The notes under the pieces are model-generated. The model was not told the DNA's origin, ran no database searches, and saw only the letters and a program-made list of their open reading frames with translations. 64,000 bases of DNA. Source: Antedon mediterranea. Lineage: Eukaryota > Animalia > Echinodermata. Position 1 is the first letter of the stretch. Each line of letters begins with the position of its first letter. Shown here piece after piece: positions 12,593-21,600 of this stretch. The stretch spans positions 17,063,237 to 17,127,236 of the forward strand of contig NC_092672.1 in assembly GCF_964355755.1 (NCBI RefSeq). Reading direction: 5' to 3'. A program made the position numbers and the translations under genes.

Positions 12593-13479
12593 TTTTTGGT
12601 TTTTTTTTAAAATAAATTAGTAGTAGTAGTAGTAGTAGTAGTAGTAATTGCACAGAAAATGGATTGAACTTCTGTATACATAATTTCATGTATACTTTTT
12701 ACGTAACAGTATAGCCATTAAAATATTTTTTTCACTCCTAATTTAAAACCGACGGTTTTCCGACGGCATTTTTGTGCGACTTGTTTTATATATTTTTTTT
12801 TACTTACTTACATTAATTTATTGAATATTGTTGTGTGTTATGATATGGACTTTGTTCTGAAATAAAACGTGAATTGATTGAATTCGATTTTATAAATTAT
12901 AGATATAGGGTGCAATACTTTGTTGTCACTGAATCATGGGCATTAGTTTTGTTTACATTGTATTTTATATAGGTAAAGTAAAAATCAATAAAAGTATTAC
13001 GCAATTAACAAATCTTCTCTCATTTGTTTCTAAATAGAAAGTCCGTTACTATAAACTCGAATAAACTTTGTGTTATGAAAAACTCATATTCAAGACCTCC
13101 CTCTCAAGGACAGTGCCCATTTATTGTTAAAGCATTCAACATGTGATAGTACGCATAGCGTTCAGTCGATAATGTTTTAGAAAAATAAAAGCTTTACATC
13201 GACGCCAATGACAGCGCGCGTCAATATTTAAACATTCAGTTTACAACAAAGAGAGAACTGAAGAGGCATAACATGTCGTGCATTCGTCGCATGTTGTATA
13301 ATGATGAGTAAATCAATTAAAATCTTTTTTTTTACTTCGGTAAGAAGTCAAAGCATTTGATTGTTTAACTTTTCAATGGGTATTCGTTCGATGTACATAA
13401 TACATTGGGACATTAAAAATTTATGAAAAACTCATCTTCAAGACTTTCTTCACCAAGGGCAGTACACGTTTATACTCTC

Positions 13480-14130
13480 TAAGCTTTCCAAAAATATGTA
13501 ACTTGCTTTATATTTCTTTCAAGGCAATTAAGATATGACCCGATTTCAACAAATCACTTCCGAATTCAATAGATTACTTTCGAATTCAATAGATTATCAA
13601 CAATTAGAAAACAGCCTTTGATTACTTCGACCTCAATGACAGTGTGCATCAATGTTTAAGCATTCAGTTTACACACACACAAGAGAGAACATACATCCTG
13701 TTATACAAAATATGTTTATAATCTTCTAGATCTTTCCTTATACTTCTCACTCAATATTATCAATTCATTATCCCTTTATCAATTCATTATCCCTTTATCG
13801 ACAACATCGCGTTACAGAACATCACGCCGTCTTCTATAATAAAAGAATATTATACCCGTTTAAAAAAAAACAGTATATTGTCTGTCACGATATAATAATA
13901 ATAGTCATATTATCTGTCAATAGAGGGCGCAATACTTATTTTCTTCGTTATCAGGACTACAATATTAGTACTATACGCCGTTTAATTCAGTATCCCTTTA
14001 TCGAGAACAAACACGCCGTCTTCTACGTTTAGTATAACTTCGAATACACTTTTAATTCTGTATACTGTTTAGTTTACAAAATACACACTTTATTATCAAT
14101 TTATTATTTCTTTATTGAGAACATCGTGTT
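13480..14130 (+). repeat. Diverged mosaic copy of the 5.3-6.9 kb repeat segments
   Basis: 13480-13620 matches ~6460-6590 (AAAATATGTAACTTGCTTTATATTTCTTTCAAGGCAATTA). 13620-14130 matches from ~5770 (GATTACTTCGACCTCAATGACAGTGTGC). Confidence 0.85.
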
Positions 14131-14309
14131 AGAGAAAAACACGCCATCATTTATATTAAAAGCATACATACCCGTCTAGATTACCAAATGCACTTTATTG
14201 TTATCGAATAGATCGTACTATAGATTATGTTAATTTCTTTTATTATTGATTAATGATTGTTAGCAAGAAACAAAAAAAACAAAAATAAAAACAAAAAACA
14301 GCACAGATT

Positions 14310-14597
14310 TTATAAGATAGAATTATTGTATTCATCAACATCACATGTATCTAAATGATCAACTAACTGAACATGTTCTATGATATTAAACTCTTTCAGA
14401 AAACGAGGACATTGTAATAATTCATCCAAATTACCGTCTTCTACAGCTGCATAATCATCATCATCACAAACTAATTCAAGAACATCGGGAGTATTAGAAG
14501 AAGGTAAGTAAGATTGTTGAAGTGACGCATACGTCTCTTGATATTGACCAATTATTTCATCAAGTCTGTTATTGTGTTTAGTCAATTCAATTCGCAT
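14310..14597 (-). CDS. Acidic ORF, possibly the C-terminal part of the EABR-like gene (in the -1 frame)
   Basis: Overlaps the end of ORF 14582-15298 by 16 bp and continues its coiled-coil character (RIELTKHNNRLDEIIGQYQE). Confidence 0.5.
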   Translation of the reverse strand: MRIELTKHNNRLDEIIGQYQETYASLQQSYLPSSNTPDVLELVCDDDDYAAVEDGNLDELLQCPRFLKEFNIIEHVQLVDHLDTCDVDEYNNSIL

Positions 14598-15722
14598 GTC
14601 TTTCCCAAATCTGTTGCCAAACTAAGAACAGCAGTATCGATTTCTTTTTTTCGTTTCTCTTTTTCCATCCGCTCAAGTTCAGAAATAAGGCAATGATTCT
14701 TGAAAACTTTGTTTTCAGATACTTTCAATTGTTGTTTCAACTGCACAACGTGTGCTTCTCTTTGTTCAGAGTACTTTTGCCAGCGAGTGTTCATAACAAT
14801 TATCTCTTTTAATTGCCTACATAAATCTGTATTTTCACGACTTAAATTTCGAACCTGTTCTTGCAACGTTTTACATTCATCTTCGAACTTTGATTCTGAA
14901 TGTAAAATTCTAGCGTGAGCAAAACACATATTTCTTTCCTGTACCCATACCTTCTCTCTTTGCGCATATGCTTTTAGTTCATTTGTTATCTTCTTTTTCT
15001 CTTCAACAAACTGTTCAGTATTTGATTTTAATGTTCTTATTTCGGAGCTCAACGTGTCACGAACAGCGTCATCATTGTTACGCTGTGAAAAATAATCTCG
15101 TAGCTGACATTTTAACTTACTAATTACTACATCTTTCTCGTCGTCTGAGGATCTCATTTTAGTTAAAACAACAATGAGTTCGTTCTCTTTCCGTTTCAAC
15201 TGTACACACAGCTTACTAACTTCTTTCTCAAGAACAGAAATGGTTTCTTTTGCTTCGGCAACCTGAACATTAAAAAAAAATAATAATAAATCACACACTC
15301 ACACCACTATGATAATTTTAACGAATTCATGACAAATATTCTCACACTTAGTTTCGTCTTACCTCTTCGGAGCTAAACTTCTCGTCAAGAAATCTTTTAT
15401 ATCGTATAGCGTCATTCAACAAGCTTATTAAAATCGGTTTATCGTGACCAGGCTCGAATATTTCATGTTCTTTCAAATCAACTGATGAGTCCAAGTTGTG
15501 TTTGTGTAAGCGCCATTGTAGATGTTCAATACATAATTTATAGTTTTTTACCGTCTTCTCTAAGTGGTTCAACGATTTATCACGGTCTTTCAACAACTGT
15601 TCTAGAAGGTGTATACATTTTACACTTTTCTTCAACGAAGCGTTTTCGTCCTGTAACAAATCATCTGACTTAGGCATAACCTTCTCTGCGGTCGTTTTCA
15701 CCAGATCATTGGATGAAATCAT
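14582..15722 (-). CDS. Spliced coiled-coil protein with a CEP55/TNIP2-type EABR motif (exons 15722-15363 and 15262-14582)
   Basis: NTRWQKYSEQREAHVVQL resembles the EABR of TNIP2 (NAKWQRY...RDEYV) and CEP55 (NQQWLVYDQQREVYV). A phase-0 100-bp intron at 15362-15263 has a GAG/GTAAGA donor and a T-rich TGTTCAG acceptor, and joins the two ORFs in frame. Confidence 0.72.
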
Positions 15723-15854
15723 TCTGCACCTACACTCGTGTTTGACTTGCTTATGAATGAAGGAGAATACATTCAGTTGTTTCTATATTACAAGTTGTAT
15801 GTCGAGTAAAAATTCATATCAAATCTACCGAAGAAAATACCGGCGCAAGAGAAA

Positions 15855-16217
15855 TTAAATTAATCTATAACGGTATATTTGATCGATTAAATTGTTGCTA
15901 TCTTTTATTTCCGACAATAGAACTTCGAACCAGGCGTTGACATTAGAGCAACTTTCCAGAAAATCAGCATTTTGATGACACCATTCTATGAACAGTACCT
16001 CTTTATCGATAACAATGTTGTCAAAGAAACGTTCTATATTCTCTCTATCCGGAGCCATCAAACATAGATCATGTTCGATCTGAGAAGGATGCTCGTGAAT
16101 ACATCCGTTGCATCCGTTTCTAATCATCGTATTCAAAATATCAGAGAATTGTTTAAAATATATCGATTTCAGATTTTCCACAACAGTGTTCATTTCTTTT
16201 GCGATCGAATCCTCCAT
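15855..16217 (-). CDS. Small Cys/His protein (CxGCxxxHPSQxxHxxC)
   Basis: ATG-initiated 120-aa ORF containing CNGCIHEHPSQIEHDLC, a probable Zn-binding motif. Confidence 0.65.
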   Translation of the reverse strand: MEDSIAKEMNTVVENLKSIYFKQFSDILNTMIRNGCNGCIHEHPSQIEHDLCLMAPDRENIERFFDNIVIDKEVLFIEWCHQNADFLESCSNVNAWFEVLLSEIKDSNNLIDQIYRYRLI

Positions 16218-16314
16218 CGTGTGTGGTGAATCTGAATTTACAAATTGCTATAATATATACTCTTCGGGCCACACACACACACACACACACACCCGCTCGC
16301 GCACACAGACAGAA

Positions 16315-17547
16315 ATGAATAAAATAGTGCATACAGGCGCGATGGAATGTTATGAAAGACGATTGGCCACGTATGAGTTTTGGATTGCGGGACACGTGAT
16401 ATCGCCTACATCGTTAGCAATGTCGGGCTTCTTTTATACGGGGCAAGACGACCGGGTAGAATGTTACCGTTGTCACGGTAAACTTTCGAGATGGAACGCC
16501 GGAGCAGATGCCGATACAGAGCACAAGAAACACTTCCCGTTGTGCAAACTGATGTCATGTGGTAACAGCAGTCCTTTAATCGGCAGTAAAACACATTTGG
16601 TCGACTCAAACTCGCATATGGTCAGATTGTCGACTTTTAAAAACTGGCCATTTGGACACATCGTATCGGCGTGCACTTTAGCAAAGTCTGGATTTTATTA
16701 CAGGTCATGCTGTGACGTAGTCGAATGCTTCTCTTGCAACGGTTTACTTGAGCGATGGAAAAGAGGAGTGAATGTCGACGAAGAGCATAGAAAACATTTT
16801 CCGTTGTGTAAGTTCATGTTATCCACCGCGGCCACCGTGGCGACCCCCACCACCACCACCACCAATAGGCAACGGGCAATGCATCCACAATACGCTCTTT
16901 TGAATGTTCGAAAAATGACGTTTACTACAGTATGGGCTACCGATCATACGCCGAACGGAATAGCCGAGGCCGGATTCTTTGCAATCAATCGGAGCCAGGC
17001 AATGTGTTTCCATTGCGGCGGTGGACTGAAAGACTGGCAATTAGACGATAATCCTTGGATCGAGCATGCAAAGTGGTTTCCGTTCTGCAATTGGTTGAGA
17101 ATCGAAAAAGGTTTTCCTTTCATCGAGACGGCTCTTATTTCGTCAAAAAGTCCGTTTGATATTGCAATGCGCTCTGAAATCGTTGTGAAAGTTTTAGAAA
17201 TGGGTTTTGACATGCAACATGTATCGACTACTGTAAACGATCACGTGAAGAGAACCGGTGGAAACTTTACGTCTAGCCTTGAGCTTCTGAACGCTGTCAC
17301 GATTCCAGTGAACGATAAACCAACAGTGGTAGAAGAGGAAGAAGTGGAGGAAGAAGAAGATTTGCAATCTGTTGTGCGCGATTTACGCGAAAAAAAAACA
17401 TGTAAGATATGCATGGACGCTGACGTTTGTGTTCTTTTCATTCCATGTTCGCATTTGGTCGCCTGCTGGTCGTGTTCAAACAGTTTGCTGTTGTGTCCGA
17501 TTTGTCGAGGTAAAATAGATAAACGTCAGAAAGCCATTCTCTCTTAA
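16315..17547 (+). CDS. iap: Inhibitor of apoptosis: 3 BIR domains, UBA-like region and C-terminal RING
   Basis: Three BIR motifs (RLATY...LAMSGFFY...CYRC...W...EHKKHFPLC and two related copies), a VLEMGF UBA-like segment and a RING CKICMD...PCSHLVAC..C...CPICR. First plausible ATG at 16315. Confidence 0.96.
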   Translation: MNKIVHTGAMECYERRLATYEFWIAGHVISPTSLAMSGFFYTGQDDRVECYRCHGKLSRWNAGADADTEHKKHFPLCKLMSCGNSSPLIGSKTHLVDSNSHMVRLSTFKNWPFGHIVSACTLAKSGFYYRSCCDVVECFSCNGLLERWKRGVNVDEEHRKHFPLCKFMLSTAATVATPTTTTTNRQRAMHPQYALLNVRKMTFTTVWATDHTPNGIAEAGFFAINRSQAMCFHCGGGLKDWQLDDNPWIEHAKWFPFCNWLRIEKGFPFIETALISSKSPFDIAMRSEIVVKVLEMGFDMQHVSTTVNDHVKRTGGNFTSSLELLNAVTIPVNDKPTVVEEEEVEEEEDLQSVVRDLREKKTCKICMDADVCVLFIPCSHLVACWSCSNSLLLCPICRGKIDKRQKAILS

Positions 17548-17573
17548 TCATTCGATTGACGCACACGACGGCA

Positions 17574-19238
17574 ATGCACGGTCAAAAAAAGATTTTATCG
17601 TTTGGCAAATTGGATAATACAATCGATCCGTTGGTGACTGTGAACAGCCGAGGTTCTTTTGGCGTTGTCCATTCGATAGAGTCTGGTTTAGTTGAAAAAT
17701 TACATTGTGGCAATCAGAATAGCAGCGATGCACGAGTACGTTTAACATTCAACAAGGAAACTTTCATTTTAGCTTACGCAAACTACTTTGACAGATTGAA
17801 ACGGTACACGCCGCAGATATGTCAGGCAGTCGTCGATTCAGGAGTGACTCAATGTCTGCGCATGACAAACGAAGGTTTTGACTTGTTTACAATACGGATG
17901 ACAATGCAAATGTTGCCGTGCGTGCTTACACTTTATCGACATGTTGGCGAGGGGCTTGCTTTTCTGGACAAGATAGGAGTCGCACATAACGACATAACCA
18001 TCAGGAATGTGACGTACAACAGACGGCAGGGCCGATTCAAGTTTATTGATTTTGGTTCGGCCGAAGTACATCGTCGAAAAATGATCGAATTTGAATCGAG
18101 CAAAAAGGTCGGCTTATTTGGAGGTGTTGGATGCGTTCACGGAGAATCGATAGCCTCCGCGTACATACCATCGGACATGCCGATCTACACAATGGACGTT
18201 GACACTGGATTCGGAGGAGTGCGCAGCGTAGAAAGACTAGTGTCCATAGGGTATCGAGATATCAGTCACGTGATGACAGACAGAGTGGTGAAACTGCTGA
18301 ATAGTGAATCGGACGTGTTTTCTGCCGCAATGACCGTGGTGACGGCCACAATGTACAACGAATGCCAACAATTTGATGAGGTGCAATACACAGACATGAA
18401 AAGACTTGGAGACACTGGGCAAAAGTCGAAGATATTACACACTCTTGTCGGCCTCTGCAGACAATTTGTGAAGATAAGAGGTGGTATGACAAAATTCGAA
18501 ACGGCTTACTGGTACACGTACGTAAACTCTGACATGAACATATGTAAGGCTCTGGAATGCCAGCCGTCCGATGAACTGCCTATACTGGATCGATATCGAA
18601 GTGTTCTCGGTGAACGTTTTATCGATCGGCTTGTTGAAAATTTAAATCCAATACCGGAGAACAGAAAGTCGTTTCTAGTGTTGAAGAACGACGTTCAATC
18701 ACAGCGCACCAACATCGAATCTATGGACATGTTATCGGTGAAGATGGTTGCGCAGAATGTCGTTCATTTGTTTTACAGAGACTTTCAAACGCTAGTTGGA
18801 GATGTGGTGTTTCAAGAAAGTGGCGCAAACATAACAGTTGATCATATGAACCTGTTGATTGACAACGCAGACGGCACGTTAGCGGTCGTGTTTGTTCGAT
18901 CAGCATTGAATCTGTATCGAAAACCTTCGTCATCGTCGTCGTCGTCATCGTCGTCGTCGGTAGAGTTTAGAGTTTACAACGACAGAGAACGTCGATTCTT
19001 GGTGTCATTGTTTCCAACGCATCGACAAACGACAGACGGTCATTTAGTTGTCGAGATTGAAAAGGATTCGTCAATCATTCTTCCTCTTGGAGTGAAGCAG
19101 CAAACGGTCACCGATAGGGTTTTCAAAGAGATGTTAGGAAACAAAATAAAATCGATACACACGCCTATACGAGAAAACTCATGGTGCACGTCCAAGTCGA
19201 ATCTACGTGTAAAACAGCTGCCATCAATTTCTTCCTAG
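17574..19238 (+). CDS. Ser/Thr protein kinase, viral type (paralogue 2)
   Basis: GSFGVV, HNDITIRN, FIDFGSA and SDVFSA. Shares RDISHVM.DR and LNP.PE.R with ORF 10952-12592. Confidence 0.9.
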   Translation: MHGQKKILSFGKLDNTIDPLVTVNSRGSFGVVHSIESGLVEKLHCGNQNSSDARVRLTFNKETFILAYANYFDRLKRYTPQICQAVVDSGVTQCLRMTNEGFDLFTIRMTMQMLPCVLTLYRHVGEGLAFLDKIGVAHNDITIRNVTYNRRQGRFKFIDFGSAEVHRRKMIEFESSKKVGLFGGVGCVHGESIASAYIPSDMPIYTMDVDTGFGGVRSVERLVSIGYRDISHVMTDRVVKLLNSESDVFSAAMTVVTATMYNECQQFDEVQYTDMKRLGDTGQKSKILHTLVGLCRQFVKIRGGMTKFETAYWYTYVNSDMNICKALECQPSDELPILDRYRSVLGERFIDRLVENLNPIPENRKSFLVLKNDVQSQRTNIESMDMLSVKMVAQNVVHLFYRDFQTLVGDVVFQESGANITVDHMNLLIDNADGTLAVVFVRSALNLYRKPSSSSSSSSSSSVEFRVYNDRERRFLVSLFPTHRQTTDGHLVVEIEKDSSIILPLGVKQQTVTDRVFKEMLGNKIKSIHTPIRENSWCTSKSNLRVKQLPSISS

Positions 19239-19888
19239 TGAACGTGGTGTCGTCGCAGAACATTGCTCATCGATACGCGTACGACAAACGTGAAAAGACA
19301 CATTCCATACACATGCGAGGAACCAAATTACAAGACGACATGGTAGAATTTCAATCGCCGTTATGTCGAGGATCCACCGCCTTGTCGTTTGTATCCACCG
19401 GCTCGACAAACATTACGACGAGAGGAAATTTCAACGTACGAACAAAAACGTCATTGAATTATCAATTTCATCAGACACTGTTATGGGGAAAGTTCAAGAG
19501 CGTTCCGATGCACACGTCTACAAATAACCTGAATCACGCGGGAAGAATTTATGGAATTCGAGACAATCCATCGGTTGTTGTGGAACGCCTCAAGTTGAAC
19601 GAATCTCAGTCGGTGGACAGTAACGATCGTTTCCCATCCATCAAGTTTACAATCTCAAACGATCGCAAGGACGGAGGAGACGGACGCAATCGAAAGTTTC
19701 AACTGTTTTCACCGTCACTCCGTTGCAACACGCAATTTCAAACGGTCGATTCACTCAAACGTACCGGCCGCATATTTCTCGATACAATTCTAAGACACAT
19801 CAACGATTTCGATTCAGTTGACTGTCGACTGTCTATGGAACATGAACTGCAGTACGGTAAACCGTTGACTGATCAGAAACTGTTGTAA
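19181..19888 (+). CDS. Possible divergent TATA-binding-protein (TBP)-fold protein
   Basis: NVVSSQNI, TALSFVSTGSTNIT and DRFPSIKFTI...FQLF resemble TBP NIVSTVNL, TALIFSSGKMVCT and ELFPGLIYRM...LLIF, in the same order. By-eye match only. Confidence 0.4.
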   Translation: MVHVQVESTCKTAAINFFLVNVVSSQNIAHRYAYDKREKTHSIHMRGTKLQDDMVEFQSPLCRGSTALSFVSTGSTNITTRGNFNVRTKTSLNYQFHQTLLWGKFKSVPMHTSTNNLNHAGRIYGIRDNPSVVVERLKLNESQSVDSNDRFPSIKFTISNDRKDGGDGRNRKFQLFSPSLRCNTQFQTVDSLKRTGRIFLDTILRHINDFDSVDCRLSMEHELQYGKPLTDQKLL

Positions 19889-20392
19889 ATCAATGTAGCA
19901 TTCCATTACATGTGCCGTAAACGATCTGGCAGCAAACGAAAACGCTATCAATTGAAATGACTCAAGCCGTTGTTGTTGTTGTTGGTGGTGGTGGTGGTGG
20001 TGGTGGTGGTGGTGGAAAATGTGTCATGAACGACGTATTCATTATACAACTCGGATCATCGCTACTCTACAAGAGAAGAATGCAAAAACAAAATAAAAAC
20101 AAAAAAATCATATGATGATATTTATGATGAAGTAGAAAAAAAAAATTAGGAAAAAAAATGAACTTGGAAGCATGTATTCAGATGCCAGTGCATGACCTGT
20201 ATCGTGTATTGGAACAACTTCACCAAAAAACTGACGTAAACAAACAATTAGTTTGTAGAGTAGAAGAGATTTTAGCAGAATACAAACACGAAAAACATTT
20301 ACTTTCAACATTTACGAAAATGTGTATAAGAAATAAATAATAAATGTTTATGTAATACAGTGTTTTTTTGTTTGTTTGTTGTTGTGTGTATT

Positions 20393-21529
20393 ATGGAATT
20401 GTTAAAGACAGTGTGTGTGTTGAGACTCGGACTTCCATCACCTGCCGTGCACGTTTCTTGGTCGAAACTTTTGACTGTAGACGATGATGACAAAAAAACT
20501 GAACGTTTATGGATGGCTAGATTAGACGATTTTACACAATTTATGGATCTATTTCGTACGCTAGACTCGATGCACGATTGGCGAATGTTCGTTGGATCGT
20601 ACACTATAGACACTGTTGCAACGTTTCAATGGTACTTTGATGGTAAACGTTACGGTTCGGACAATCCTTACTTTGAGCTTCTCATGAGAATATTCCGACA
20701 CTTGTGTTTATCGTACAATCAGGGCTCGCAAGCGTCTGATTGTGCGCGCATTCTGGAGACGTGTCTCGATCAATTGTACGTAGGAGGTGATATACAAACG
20801 GGTAATCGGCCGAAATTTCTTAAAGCTCGAGTCAACGAACCGATTCGATGGTTAAACGCTGACTTTCTTACAGCCGTTTTCTCGTTGCAAACGATGAACG
20901 ACATGTTTGTAGATCTTGCCAATCGATCTCGAGACTTGGTTTTTCTTGGTCAAGAGAATGAGGAGGAGGAGGAGGAGGAGGATGACGGTAACCGGACTGT
21001 ATTAGATTTCGAATTGGCCGACACTGACGTTCGAGCGTTCATTTCAGACGTGTCGTTGAATAGGCGCAATCCGTTACGAAATTGGTATCAGTATCGTCAG
21101 TACATCGATACAGTATTCTCGCAGTTTGTATGTCCGTTACGATTACTCACAGAAGTGAATGATCGCAGTACGGCGTTCACGTCAAGTGCCGACATATTTC
21201 AACCGAGTGTATGGAAACGATTAGGTGCCATTGGAATCACGTTGCCTCCGTGCGTAACCGAATCAACCGTGTTACACGAACCGGACAGAGCAAGCACCGA
21301 GAGTGTGTTTTCTCTATTTTTGGGCCGGCACAACGAATGTGATGATAGTGATGATTTGTGTATTGACGAGAACAAAATCAAACGAGACAGACTTAGACGT
21401 TGTCTGCGTACCGGCGATGAAGTCGTGAACCCACCATCGTTTATTGGCCGACGTAGACTGTTGGACAATGTTACACTCGGTGTAGAAGACATGGACGCAA
21501 GTTACTCGTGTAATTGCAATGTATTGTGA
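20393..21529 (+). CDS. Hypothetical protein
   Basis: Long ORF with first ATG at 20393, a poly-E tract and AATAAA right after the stop. Confidence 0.75.
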   Translation: MELLKTVCVLRLGLPSPAVHVSWSKLLTVDDDDKKTERLWMARLDDFTQFMDLFRTLDSMHDWRMFVGSYTIDTVATFQWYFDGKRYGSDNPYFELLMRIFRHLCLSYNQGSQASDCARILETCLDQLYVGGDIQTGNRPKFLKARVNEPIRWLNADFLTAVFSLQTMNDMFVDLANRSRDLVFLGQENEEEEEEEDDGNRTVLDFELADTDVRAFISDVSLNRRNPLRNWYQYRQYIDTVFSQFVCPLRLLTEVNDRSTAFTSSADIFQPSVWKRLGAIGITLPPCVTESTVLHEPDRASTESVFSLFLGRHNECDDSDDLCIDENKIKRDRLRRCLRTGDEVVNPPSFIGRRRLLDNVTLGVEDMDASYSCNCNVL

Positions 21530-21600
21530 GAATAAAAAACCACAAAGAAAAAAAAACAAACAAGTTGTTTATTTATTATTGAATTTTATTTATTTTTTTT

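Noticed and set aside
16108-16314. N-terminal extensions given by the ORF track (e.g. IAP, MCP, Ig, Kelch)
   Set aside because: They start at non-ATG codons and run through (CA)n/(TG)n tracts (HTHT, CVCV). Downstream ATGs are more plausible in a eukaryotic virus.
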